A stretch of 24,944 bases of DNA from Pseudomonadota bacterium (GTDB lineage Bacteria > UBA10199 > 2-02-FULL-44-16 > JAAZCA01): contig JBDRBN010000085.1 in the NCBI GenBank assembly GCA_043822785.1, positions 1-24,944 of the forward strand, read 5' to 3'. Position numbers and translations under genes: made by a program. The notes below the pieces were generated by a model, which had not been told where the DNA came from, made no database searches, and worked only from the letters and a program-made list of their open reading frames with translations. Positions within the stretch are counted from its first letter, which is position 1; each line of letters starts with the position of its first letter. Shown in pieces: positions 7,669-16,425 of the stretch.

Positions 7669-9354
7669 TCATGGCGTGCAGAACTGTTTGGAGAGCTTTT
7701 GATCAAAGCCATAAACGTCTTGCCTGAACACAGGGTTGCCTTCTTCATCGGCCCAGGCGGTGAGATACAGGATGTAAATCGGAAGGTGCTCATCCAAATT
7801 GACAAACAGAGGCGTTGCGCGCTTCATAGAGCTGTCGATTCGCTCGCTGTCCCACTCTTCCTTGTCTTTTAAAAGAAATTTAGCAAAGCCTATGGGGTCA
7901 GCTATGCGGATGCAACCAGAGCTGTAAGTGCGCTGGCACCTGTTGAATAGATATTTTGTGGGAGTGTCGTGCAGATATACGTCATGGCGATTGGGAAACA
8001 TGAACTTAACTCTTCCAAGCGCGTTTGCATCGCCTGATGCTTGTACGATCCGGTATGTGAAGTTTTGCGCATCGACCGATTCCCAATCCACATTTTCCGG
8101 ATCGATTTCTTCTATGCCTGTTGGTCCGGTAGTATAGACTTTCATGCCCTGCCTGCGGATAAACGATGGATCCTCCTTTATCTTAGGCAGCTTGTCCTTT
8201 ACAGCTATGGATGTGGGCACGTGCCATTTTGGGCTAAATACGATAAATCGAATCATGTCAGACATGAGAGGGGACTTGCGATCCACTCTTCCAACTATCA
8301 CCTTCATCTTCATGACTTCCTGGCTGTCATCAACGATCTTGAGCGTGAAATCCGGCAGGTTGACAAGAGCGTATCTGTCTTTGGAGAGCAATTCATCAAG
8401 TGCGCGCATACGGTCCAAGTTTATCTTTATCTGGCACACGTGCCAATCAGGCTGCGTGCTTAACATCTGAACTGTTCGCTTTCCAATAACGCCATCTGGC
8501 ATAAGCCCGAACTTTTCCTGGAAGCGGATCATAGCCTCTTTAAGCTTTTCGTCATAATAATCCTCGCCAGGCTCGTCTTGCGTTGCCATCATTTCTTCGT
8601 TTATCTGAGCCTTGGTTTTGGCTGCTGTCTGAACCGGAGGTTTTAAAAAACCAGTAGCCTCAAACCTTCTTCTTACGGCTATAATCCTTTGATTTGTGTT
8701 GCCTGGTTCAATTTTTTCTCCTGGAGGAACTGTAGGCCAGGAACCCCTTGCGGCAATCTCCTGCATTTTTGGAAGAGCCTCTTTTAGACGCTTGTATTCC
8801 TCTGTCTGAGGGGCGAGACGATTTAAGGCATCTGCAACATCGTGTGCTTGCAGTGCCATGTTCAGCACAGCTACCAAGTCGGTGTTTGACTCGGGTTTGC
8901 GCTGATTGGCATTTGAAAAATAAGGATTTGTAAGACCCGAGTCCAGATGAGATGACAGGGTGAAAAAGGCATCGGTCATGAGTATATCTTGCTCTGCAAG
9001 AAACCTGCGTTTTTGCTCATCACCCGCACTGTCCATGCTAATTTTGAGCTGATCTATAGCATTCTTGTGATAGAGATTTGGATTAAGGCCATGCTCCTCT
9101 GATGCCCCTATCGCCTTAATGAGCTCTTTGGCATCATTGTTTGTTTGCTCGCTTTTGCTCCACGCTGGGGCAAAATTGCGTTCTTCATAAAAGCGCTTAA
9201 GCTCATCTGACCTTTTTCGCCCGATCAATTTTTCGATATTAGCGCTTACTGGATCAGTTGGCTCGCTGGCCGCTGTCTGCTCTTGTGCAGCACAAGTTAG
9301 GGCAGCCAGGACGATGGAAGCGACTACAGCAAATGAGATGTTAATGTGCTTCAT
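7669..9354 (-). CDS. L,D-transpeptidase (LdtD/YcbB-like) with scaffold and peptidoglycan-binding domains
   Basis: YLHDTP...SSGCIR catalytic His/Cys, FQ.KFGL.PDGVIG PG-binding motif, signal peptide from ATG 9354. The 17 upstream codons in the track come from a repeat. Confidence 0.9.
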   Translation of the reverse strand: MKHINISFAVVASIVLAALTCAAQEQTAASEPTDPVSANIEKLIGRKRSDELKRFYEERNFAPAWSKSEQTNNDAKELIKAIGASEEHGLNPNLYHKNAIDQLKISMDSAGDEQKRRFLAEQDILMTDAFFTLSSHLDSGLTNPYFSNANQRKPESNTDLVAVLNMALQAHDVADALNRLAPQTEEYKRLKEALPKMQEIAARGSWPTVPPGEKIEPGNTNQRIIAVRRRFEATGFLKPPVQTAAKTKAQINEEMMATQDEPGEDYYDEKLKEAMIRFQEKFGLMPDGVIGKRTVQMLSTQPDWHVCQIKINLDRMRALDELLSKDRYALVNLPDFTLKIVDDSQEVMKMKVIVGRVDRKSPLMSDMIRFIVFSPKWHVPTSIAVKDKLPKIKEDPSFIRRQGMKVYTTGPTGIEEIDPENVDWESVDAQNFTYRIVQASGDANALGRVKFMFPNRHDVYLHDTPTKYLFNRCQRTYSSGCIRIADPIGFAKFLLKDKEEWDSERIDSSMKRATPLFVNLDEHLPIYILYLTAWADEEGNPVFRQDVYGFDQKLSKQFCTP

Positions 9355-9355
9355 C

Positions 9356-9444
9356 TTTGTTATTCCGACCGACCGAGCGAAGCGAGGGAGCGGAGGAATC
9401 CCCATGATTCCAAGAGATCCCTCGATGTTGCTCGGGATGACAAA
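9356..9444. repeat. REP-like palindromic element (GTCATTCCGAC type)
   Basis: Terminal inverted repeats TTTGTTATTCCGA / TCGGGATGACAAA; shares ATTCCGACCGACC..GAGCGAA..GGAGGAATCCCC..CAAGAGAT with 15270-15383. Confidence 0.8.
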
Positions 9445-9495
9445 CCTATGAATATGACCATGTACGAAACTTGGAAGGATTCTTCAAGGATTGAT

Positions 9496-10875
9496 TTACA
9501 GCTCAAATTTTTCAAGATACTTGGGGATCATCACGTTCCAGCCCAACTCCTCTTTTATGTGCTCTTGCATTGCTGCACAGGCTTTTTGCTCACCGTGAAC
9601 CAGAAAGGTTGTTTTTGGAGCCTCTTTAAACCCTTTGAGCCACCTGATGATATCATTATAATCCGCATGAGCTGATAATGACTCGATAAACTCCAGTTCT
9701 GCACTTACGGTTACAGGCATGCCGTGAATTTTTATTGCCTTTGCGCCGTCAAGTATTGCGCGGCCGCGGGTTCCCATGGCCTGAAAGCCTGTCACGACAA
9801 GCGTTGAGTTAGGATCTGGTAAATAGGCCTTTAGGTGGTGAAGAATTCTGCCGCCGGTCATCATGCCTGAAGAGGAGATGATGATAGCTGGTTCCTTAAG
9901 ATGGTTGAGCTTTTTTGATTCTTCGGGGTCTTGTACCTGAATGAGCCGCGAAGGATGAAAGGCCTGTTTTGGCTGCTCTACGTTGTCGAAGAAGTTATGC
10001 TCGCTGGCGAACTTTATGTAGATGTTTGTGGCATCGATAGCCATGGGGCTGTTGAGGTAGATGGGAACAGGCGCCAGCCTGCCTTGCTCCTCGAGTTTTT
10101 TAAGTACATATAATACTTCCTGTGACCTCCCTACAGCAAAAGTGGGTATGATCACCTTTCCATTGCGAGCCACGGTTCGGTTTATGATCTTTTCAAAGCG
10201 ATCGAGTACATCCTCATCAGGATGAAGCCTGTCACCATAGGTTGATTCGAGAACAAGATAATTCACCGACTTGACTGCGCCCGGATCAACAGAGATGAGT
10301 GCATCATAGCTGCCGATGTCTCCGGCAAACATTATATTGAACTTGTGGTGTGGCTCCTTGACAGACACATTTACAAACCTAGAGCCAAGTATATGCCCTG
10401 CAGGCCTCATCATAATGCGTACATTGTCTGATAGGTCATACCATGTACGATCTGGAATGGGCTTTAGGTACTTAAGCGAATGAACAGCATCGTCATATGT
10501 ATAGAGAGGAAGTGGATTCTTGTGTTTTGAAAAACCTTTCTTTGCTGCGAATCTCGCGTCTTCCTCTTGTATGTAACCTGCATCAGGAAGCAAGATCTTG
10601 CATAGCTCAACCGTTGGCTTAGATGCCAAAACAGCTCCGTGAAAGCCGTTTTTTACTATGAGAGGCAGGTAGCCTGTATGATCGATATGGGCGTGGGTGA
10701 GTATTATGGCTTCAAGATCATCTGCCTCTATGGGTAAGGATTGCCAGTTTCTGAGCCTCAGATCTTTGAGGCCCTGATATAGGCCGCACTCGATGAGCCA
10801 CGAGTGTTTTCCCTCGGTCAAAAGGAATTTTGAGCCAGTAACGGTTTCAGTGGCGCCCAGGAATTGAAGTTTCAC
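9496..10875 (-). CDS. MBL-fold beta-CASP ribonuclease (YSH1/CPSF73-like)
   Basis: THAHIDH, AGHILGS, ESTYG, FAVGRSQE and SAHAD motifs; GTG start with GGGGGAG SD. Confidence 0.92.
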   Translation of the reverse strand: MKLQFLGATETVTGSKFLLTEGKHSWLIECGLYQGLKDLRLRNWQSLPIEADDLEAIILTHAHIDHTGYLPLIVKNGFHGAVLASKPTVELCKILLPDAGYIQEEDARFAAKKGFSKHKNPLPLYTYDDAVHSLKYLKPIPDRTWYDLSDNVRIMMRPAGHILGSRFVNVSVKEPHHKFNIMFAGDIGSYDALISVDPGAVKSVNYLVLESTYGDRLHPDEDVLDRFEKIINRTVARNGKVIIPTFAVGRSQEVLYVLKKLEEQGRLAPVPIYLNSPMAIDATNIYIKFASEHNFFDNVEQPKQAFHPSRLIQVQDPEESKKLNHLKEPAIIISSSGMMTGGRILHHLKAYLPDPNSTLVVTGFQAMGTRGRAILDGAKAIKIHGMPVTVSAELEFIESLSAHADYNDIIRWLKGFKEAPKTTFLVHGEQKACAAMQEHIKEELGWNVMIPKYLEKFEL

Positions 10876-10930
10876 AGCTAGTGTAGCTCCCCCTTTTATA
10901 TGATTTTAAACATTACGCCTTAAAGATCAT

Positions 10931-12070
10931 TTATGGCAAGAACTTTTCAAATACCAGGTTGGATACCTCAATGCCTCGCTGGGTAAGCGCTAGCCCCCGA
11001 TCATTTTTTTCGGCCAGGCCGTTTTGTATGAGTTCATCTTGAATGTTGCCGAACATATCGTCGAATTTTGTTTTAAATATTTCTTCAAACGTTTTCAGAG
11101 ATATGCCTTCTGTGGTGCGCAGGCCTAGAAAACAAAACTCGGCCATGGCCGTACGCAGACTGATTTCCTCGGATTCAGCGTGCTCTGCTCCGCCTTCCAT
11201 ATATTTTTTTACATCGCGCGTTTGTGTAAACCGCTTTGCAAAGCCGTGAGTCGAAAGAACGAATGAGGTTGCCCAGGCGCCCAGCCCCAAATATTCGCCG
11301 TATCTCCAATAGTTCAAATTATGACGGCATTCAAAACCCGCTTTGGCGAAGTTGGAGATTTCGTAGCGATTCCATCCGCTGCGGGTGAGCATTCTGGCCG
11401 TTGTCCTCATCTGGTTAAGAGAATCCTCTTCGCTCTGCATGAGATCGTCTTTGAGGCGTGCGGCCAAAGGCGTGCCTTTCTCTACTGTGAGCTGGTATGC
11501 TGATACGTGCTCGGGCTGAAACGTCATGGCCGTGCGAATATCTTCTTCAAGATCGGCCATGGTCTCGGAAGGAATCCCAAACATCAGATCGCAGTTTATG
11601 CTTCTGAACCCGGCATCTTGTGCCTCTGCTATGGCGCGCATGGCATCTTCAGACGAATGCACCCTGCCCAGTTCTCTTAGGAGTCTATCATGAAAAGACT
11701 GGACGCCGATGGATGCCCTTGTGACCCCACACTCCCTTGCATCGCCAAACCACCTATCATCCACTGTGGCTGGGTTGACCTCGCAGCTCACTTCAATCTC
11801 ATCTGAAAGAACAAAGTGATGGGCGAGCGCATCGATTATTGATTTAAAGAAGATTGGCTTAAGAAGCGATGGCGTGCCGCCTCCAAAATAGACGGTCGAA
11901 ACTTTCTTTCCAGAGAGTTTGAGCCGGCACACATCTTCCTGAAGCTGCCTGCTTATGGCTTGTAGATATTCCTTTTGCGGGATCTCGTCACGACTACACG
12001 GAACTGAAAAGAAATCACAATAATCACATTTCTTAAGGCAAAAGGGGATGTGTACATAGATGCCTAGCAT
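10931..12070 (-). CDS. hemW: Radical SAM heme chaperone HemW (HemN-like)
   Basis: YVHIPFCLKKCDYCDF, GGGTPS, YEISNF and HNLNYW motifs. Confidence 0.9.
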   Translation of the reverse strand: MLGIYVHIPFCLKKCDYCDFFSVPCSRDEIPQKEYLQAISRQLQEDVCRLKLSGKKVSTVYFGGGTPSLLKPIFFKSIIDALAHHFVLSDEIEVSCEVNPATVDDRWFGDARECGVTRASIGVQSFHDRLLRELGRVHSSEDAMRAIAEAQDAGFRSINCDLMFGIPSETMADLEEDIRTAMTFQPEHVSAYQLTVEKGTPLAARLKDDLMQSEEDSLNQMRTTARMLTRSGWNRYEISNFAKAGFECRHNLNYWRYGEYLGLGAWATSFVLSTHGFAKRFTQTRDVKKYMEGGAEHAESEEISLRTAMAEFCFLGLRTTEGISLKTFEEIFKTKFDDMFGNIQDELIQNGLAEKNDRGLALTQRGIEVSNLVFEKFLP

Positions 12071-12076
12071 AATATA

Positions 12077-13282
12077 TTATGTAACCGTTGGCGCTATTTT
12101 TTTATCCACAAAATCAACGATATCTTCAAAGAGACAGAAGTGAACAGTTCGACCGTTGAAATGAACATCCTGCCTTATGGTATTATTGAAAACATAGGCA
12201 CTTAGGATTTTTGGATAAGCGTTCATAAAAGAAATCATTCCAGCTGGGATGGATGCTTCCTTCAGATCCGATTTAACTTCTATGGGGGTAGGTTGTCTGT
12301 TGACCAGTAATATAAAATCCACTTCAGCGCCTTTTTTGGTTCTCCAAAAACGCAACTCCATATTGGGTTTTAACTGTTGTATCAGGTGTAAAAGCACAAA
12401 CGTCTCGTAAACCGTTCCCTTGTCTTCCCTCTCGTTGGGATAGCTAAAGTCCTTGAGAAGACTATTTCTGATTCCTATATCGAAAAGATAACATTTTCTG
12501 GACTTCTTGAGTTCGTTGGCAAGGTTTTTAGAATAGCTATGAATCAAGTGACACACATAAGTTTGAGACATTATTTCAAGATAATTCGCAACAGTTGACT
12601 CGCTGATGCCAGCATCTCTGGATATGTTTGCAGCAACGGCAAGCGAACCTTGATTTTGAGCAATGGAATAAAGCATGGAATTAAAAGCGCGGACGTTTTC
12701 TTCTTTGATCAAGGCTTTTATGTCTTTAGTAACATATGTGCTGACTATATTTTCAAGAAGATTCATTTTATCATCATCGGTCTTTCTGTGAATGAGTCCT
12801 GGCATTCCTCCCCATTTTAAAAATTCACGCAAATCTTCTTTTGGTATTTGTTTCGATTCTTCCATTGAAAGCGGGTAGATCATTGTCTTTCTGAAACGAC
12901 CTGCAAGGCTTTCTTTCAAATGCTTATGAATTTCTAGAGATGACGAGCCAGATGCATAAACCTTGATCTTAGATTTTGAATCGTAGATTTGTTTGAAGAT
13001 CTTTGAAGCATTTTTTAAATAGTGGAATTCGTCGATAAATATAACATCGCCGCTGCCTGTGATTTTTTCAAATACTTCCTTATTTGTACCTGATAACTCT
13101 TCTAAATCTGCAGACGATTCGAGATCATAAAATCTTGTGGACGCCCCCTCCATTTTGAATTTTGCTTCCAATTGATGCAGTAGGGTAGTCTTTCCAACTT
13201 GTCTGGCACCCAAGAGAATCGATATCTCCGGTTCCGATTTTTCACCATATAACCTATTGAAAATACTTCTGTTTATATTCAT
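12077..13282 (-). CDS. AAA_14 ATPase with C-terminal DUF4143 / PD-(D/E)XK-type domain
   Basis: GARQVGKT Walker A, FIDEFH Walker B, SGSSS, GGMP, FWRTKKGAEVDF...PIEVK. Start is probably ATG 13282 (or 13291) because the track's extension runs across a terminator. Confidence 0.85.
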   Translation of the reverse strand: MNINRSIFNRLYGEKSEPEISILLGARQVGKTTLLHQLEAKFKMEGASTRFYDLESSADLEELSGTNKEVFEKITGSGDVIFIDEFHYLKNASKIFKQIYDSKSKIKVYASGSSSLEIHKHLKESLAGRFRKTMIYPLSMEESKQIPKEDLREFLKWGGMPGLIHRKTDDDKMNLLENIVSTYVTKDIKALIKEENVRAFNSMLYSIAQNQGSLAVAANISRDAGISESTVANYLEIMSQTYVCHLIHSYSKNLANELKKSRKCYLFDIGIRNSLLKDFSYPNEREDKGTVYETFVLLHLIQQLKPNMELRFWRTKKGAEVDFILLVNRQPTPIEVKSDLKEASIPAGMISFMNAYPKILSAYVFNNTIRQDVHFNGRTVHFCLFEDIVDFVDKKIAPTVT

Positions 13283-13344
13283 AGGCACCATTCTAGCATA
13301 TCTAGTGGTTTGGTTCCTAATGTTTTTTCCCTTTCCGCGCGCAT

Positions 13345-13374
13345 AAAAAAGCGGGTTGGGATTTCCCAACCCGC
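13345..13374 (-). terminator. Rho-independent terminator of gdhA
   Basis: GCGGGTTGGG-AAAT-CCCAACCCGC 10-bp stem followed by T6 on the minus strand. Confidence 0.9.
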
Positions 13375-13383
13375 CGTATGTCA

Positions 13384-13414
13384 ACCCTATACCCTATACC
13401 CTGCTTTTATACCC
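13384..13414. repeat. Heptamer repeat (TATACCC) overlapping the gdhA stop
   Basis: TATACCC at 13388, 13395 and 13408; the third copy overlaps the final codons and TAA. Confidence 0.6.
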
Positions 13415-14663
13415 ACCCCCTCAACTTCATCGCATCAGCAACCCTCTTTATTGCAACTAGATACGCAGCGAGCCTGCTGTGCACCTTTTGCTGTTCGCGC
13501 ATCTTGTGCACATCGTGAAAAGCCGCGGTCATCTTTTCATCCAAGCGCTGATGGATCAAAGGCAGCTCCCAATAGTAGTTATAACTGTTCTGCACCATCT
13601 CGAAATACGAAACAGTCACTCCACCTGCATTGCATAGGAAATCAGGAATTACATAACAGCCCTTCTTATGTAGAATTTCATCTGCTTCAGGTGTTGTCGG
13701 GCCATTGGCAAGCTCTGCTATGACCTTGGCCTTCACGTTGTCTGCGTTTTTCTTTGTAATGCAATTCTCGAGAGCTGCTGGGAATAGAATCTCGACATCC
13801 AGCTCCAAGAGTTCTTCGTTTGTGATGGGCTTTGTGCCAGGAAATTTCTCGACCTTGCCTGTCTCCAACTTGTATTTTACTATTTCTGCTGCATTTATTC
13901 CGTCTGGATTATACACGCCGCCGCGTGAATCTGACACAGCGACGAGCTTCTTGGCGCCAAGTATCTCGCCCATGAGAGTTGCTGCATACTGGCCTGCATT
14001 TCCAAAACCCTGAATTGCAAATGAGGACTTGGATGCATCGATGCCGAGCACCTTTCCCGCCTCGCGCACGCAATATACGCCGCCCCTTGCTGTGGCATCG
14101 TTTCTACCCTTTGAGCCGCCTATCGGAAGGGGCTTTCCGGTAATGACGCCGGGCTCATTATAACCCTTTTGCCAATAATACTCGTCCATCATCCAGGCCA
14201 TTATCTGAGGTGTCGTATATACATCAGGTGCAGGACAGTCCTTTTCAATGCCCAGTATGCGTCCTACCTGACGTATGTATTGCCGCGATAAACGCTCCAG
14301 CTCGCTAGGGCTCATCTGTTTGGGGTTGCAGATGATGCCGCCCTTTCCGCCGCCAAGTGGGATGTCCACCACAGCTGTTTTCCAGGTCATCCATGCTGCA
14401 AGAGCACGGACTGTATCGATGGTCTCGTCTGGGTGAAAGCGGATTCCGCCTTTTGTGGGACCGCGCGCATCATTATACTGAACCCTGAAACCTTTGAAGA
14501 CCTTAACAGTGCCGTTGTCCATGCGCACAGGAAGCGAAACGTGCAGCTCGCGCATGGGTTCGCGAAGTGCTGCGTGGGTGCCTGGATCAAGGGCTAATAT
14601 TTTGGCTGCTTCATCCAGTTGCTGCTGAGCCATCTTAAAGGGATTGATATTTCCACCCTGCAT
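13407..14663 (-). CDS. gdhA: Glu/Leu/Phe/Val dehydrogenase (glutamate dehydrogenase)
   Basis: KGGIRFHP, GGGKGG, PAPDV, GFGNAG, ELANGP and NAGGV.VSY.E motifs; AGGAGG SD. Confidence 0.93.
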   Translation of the reverse strand: MQGGNINPFKMAQQQLDEAAKILALDPGTHAALREPMRELHVSLPVRMDNGTVKVFKGFRVQYNDARGPTKGGIRFHPDETIDTVRALAAWMTWKTAVVDIPLGGGKGGIICNPKQMSPSELERLSRQYIRQVGRILGIEKDCPAPDVYTTPQIMAWMMDEYYWQKGYNEPGVITGKPLPIGGSKGRNDATARGGVYCVREAGKVLGIDASKSSFAIQGFGNAGQYAATLMGEILGAKKLVAVSDSRGGVYNPDGINAAEIVKYKLETGKVEKFPGTKPITNEELLELDVEILFPAALENCITKKNADNVKAKVIAELANGPTTPEADEILHKKGCYVIPDFLCNAGGVTVSYFEMVQNSYNYYWELPLIHQRLDEKMTAAFHDVHKMREQQKVHSRLAAYLVAIKRVADAMKLRGWV

Positions 14664-14691
14664 ACTTCACCTCCTGAGCAAAAAGGTTTGG

Positions 14692-14710
14692 ACGAACTAC
14701 GAACTACGAA
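14692..14710. repeat. Heptamer repeat ACGAACT x2.7 upstream of gdhA
   Basis: ACGAACT ACGAACT ACGAA. Confidence 0.6.
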
Positions 14711-14799
14711 AAAGCGCGCAGCGTTTTTTTAACGGGCTGTGCGTATCACTGGAGGCGAATTCTGTAAAGGGGGTTTGGGGAGGATTACTTGGCTAGTAA

Positions 14800-15195
14800 T
14801 TATACCAATTCGCTCTCTTCAATTTCTACTTCCTTAAATCCCTCGGGAGATTCCATCGCGTTATGGAACAAGACAAGAGCGCTTTCGATAAGGGCTTTGT
14901 CCTGGTCTTCTGCGTTTTTAGGTTTGTCTGTAGGGGAGAGGCTGTGCATTTGCTTAAACTCAAACTTAACGCCATCGGTGCTGCTAAAATACCTTATGGT
15001 CCCATCTGGCCTCTGAACGATCGCCTCATTCTTGCCGCGCAGAGTTACCTCTGTGCCATCGTCTTCGCGAATATAATAGGTTAGTTGCTTTTTTCCTGAT
15101 GCATCAGTTGACTCCACCAGCGCCTCTACATCATGGCCACCGATCTTTGTGCGCGTCTTCAATACTACTTCCGAACCGCCTATTTTAAGGACCAT
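14800..15195 (-). CDS. Hypothetical protein, 131 aa
   Basis: AAAGGGGG SD, sigma54-like promoter upstream; beta-rich with repeated xDG(T/V) turns. Confidence 0.75.
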   Translation of the reverse strand: MVLKIGGSEVVLKTRTKIGGHDVEALVESTDASGKKQLTYYIREDDGTEVTLRGKNEAIVQRPDGTIRYFSSTDGVKFEFKQMHSLSPTDKPKNAEDQDKALIESALVLFHNAMESPEGFKEVEIEESELV

Positions 15196-15247
15196 GGTTT
15201 CCCCCTTTAGGCCTATTATATTTATTGCGCCACCATGCTAGATTACT

Positions 15248-15263
15248 AGCAACATGTGTGCCA
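15248..15263 (-). promoter_or_regulatory. Sigma54 (-24/-12) promoter
   Basis: Minus strand TGGCAC-ACATG-TTGCT matches TGGCAC-N5-TTGCW, 52 nt upstream of ATG 15195. Confidence 0.75.
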
Positions 15264-15269
15264 TCCCTC

Positions 15270-15383
15270 TGTCATTCCGACCGACCCTGAGCGAATGAAA
15301 TGAGTCGAAGGGGAGTGGAGGAATCCCCGTATTTGCAAGAGATTCCTCCAATCGCTCATTCTATTCGCTCAGTCGGAATGACA
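15270..15383. repeat. REP-like palindromic element, 114 bp
   Basis: Perfect 12-bp terminal IR TGTCATTCCGAC/GTCGGAATGACA; internal IRs CTGAGCGAAT/ATTCGCTCAG and TGGAGGAATC/GATTCCTCCA. Confidence 0.85.
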
Positions 15384-15445
15384 AAACGATATGTCTGATA
15401 TGCTTTCAAATTGAGAAACCTGAGGGATTTGTGACGGTATGAAAA

Positions 15446-15526
15446 TTCCGCTTCCGAGCCTGCGTCCGGTTCTGTTTTGCAAGAACTCGGAAGTGGGCGC
15501 GGATGTGGGCGTGGGAAGCGGGCGTG
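15446..15526. repeat. Degenerate inverted hexamer arrays downstream of thiD
   Basis: TTCCGC TTCCGA GCCTGC GTCCGG ... CTCGGA AGTGGG CGCGGA TGTGGG CGTGGG. Confidence 0.55.
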
Positions 15527-15536
15527 ATAATGAATA

Positions 15537-16307
15537 TTATCGTGCCCTCTCTATATACCACGCCATGTAATCCTTTGCGCGGTTTATGGCGGTGATGAGT
15601 GATTCGCCCTTTGCCAGGTGCGCAGCTATAGCAGAGGCAAACCTACATCCTGTGCCGCGGGGCGATGTGCCGGCAATGCGCGAGGCTGTAAAGGAATGGT
15701 ATTTTTCACCATCAAAGAGCACATCAATTGCATCGCCTTCGAGGTGGCCACCCTTGACGATCACGGCAAGGGGTTTTTCGATCTTGTCCCTTAGTTTTAT
15801 CGTGTCGCGGTGTATGATTTCTGCAGCCTTTCGCATAGCATCGAGCCCTGCTACCTGCATGCCCGCGAGCGCTGAGGCTTCTGGTATGTTTGGCGTTATC
15901 ACGGTTGCCAGCGGCAAGAGCTGCTGGCGATATAGAGGCAGTGCATCTGCTTCAAGAAGTGATGCCCCAGAGGAAGAATGTAGAATTGGATCTATGACCA
16001 CGTGTTCGATGTCCATGTGTTTGAGAAACCAGGCGATTGCGCGGGCATTGGCTTTTGTAGCGACCATTCCGATCTTCACAGCAGCCAAATCTTTGCCGCT
16101 GCATGCGGTGGAGAGCTGCTGTGTCAGCACATCTGCTGGCGTTGGATGAATGGCCAGCACCTGATCGTCATCTTGCGCAGTTATAGCGGTTATAGCGGAA
16201 ATGCCGATAACTCCGATATCAGCAAGGGTTTTAAGGTCAGCCTGAACGCCAGCGCCGCCAGAAGGATCTGAACCGCCTATAGCAAGAACTTGTCTCTTTG
16301 AATCCAT
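15537..16307 (-). CDS. thiD: Hydroxymethylpyrimidine/phosphomethylpyrimidine kinase
   Basis: GSDPSGGAGVQADLKT, VKIGM, TPNIPEA, KGGH and GTGC motifs; GGAGG SD. Confidence 0.93.
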   Translation of the reverse strand: MDSKRQVLAIGGSDPSGGAGVQADLKTLADIGVIGISAITAITAQDDDQVLAIHPTPADVLTQQLSTACSGKDLAAVKIGMVATKANARAIAWFLKHMDIEHVVIDPILHSSSGASLLEADALPLYRQQLLPLATVITPNIPEASALAGMQVAGLDAMRKAAEIIHRDTIKLRDKIEKPLAVIVKGGHLEGDAIDVLFDGEKYHSFTASRIAGTSPRGTGCRFASAIAAHLAKGESLITAINRAKDYMAWYIERAR

Positions 16308-16340
16308 TTAAACCCCCTCCAAAAACCAAATCCAAATAAC

Positions 16341-16425
16341 TGCGAGAAATGCGAGACACGCGAGAAACGCCAGCAACGTAGTTATACGTTTCTCGCGTTG
16401 CTTGCTTTGCTGGCGTTGCTTGCGT
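16341..16425. repeat. Inverted nonamer arrays centred on the thiE stop
   Basis: TGCGAGAAA TGCGAGACA CGCGAGAAA CGCCAGCAA, then TTTCTCGCG TTGCTTGCT TTGCTGGCG TTGCTTGCG; the right arm encodes the ThiE tail ASNASKASNARNV. Confidence 0.8.

Noticed and set aside
9355..9405. N-terminal MGIPPLPRFARSVGITK of the L,D-transpeptidase in the ORF track
   Set aside because: It is read from the palindromic element; a normal signal peptide begins at ATG 9354.
13283..13384. N-terminal extension of the AAA ATPase in the ORF track
   Set aside because: It runs across the gdhA terminator hairpin; the downstream ATG has a promoter-like box.
14709..14745. Attenuator in the gdhA leader
   Set aside because: The imperfect stem plus T5 on the minus strand is more simply a weak terminator for the upstream 14800-15195 gene; no leader peptide or alternative fold is evident.
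16341..16425. CRISPR array at this or the 23466-23531 tandem repeats
   Set aside because: Units are 7-9 bp with no unique spacers, and no cas genes are present.
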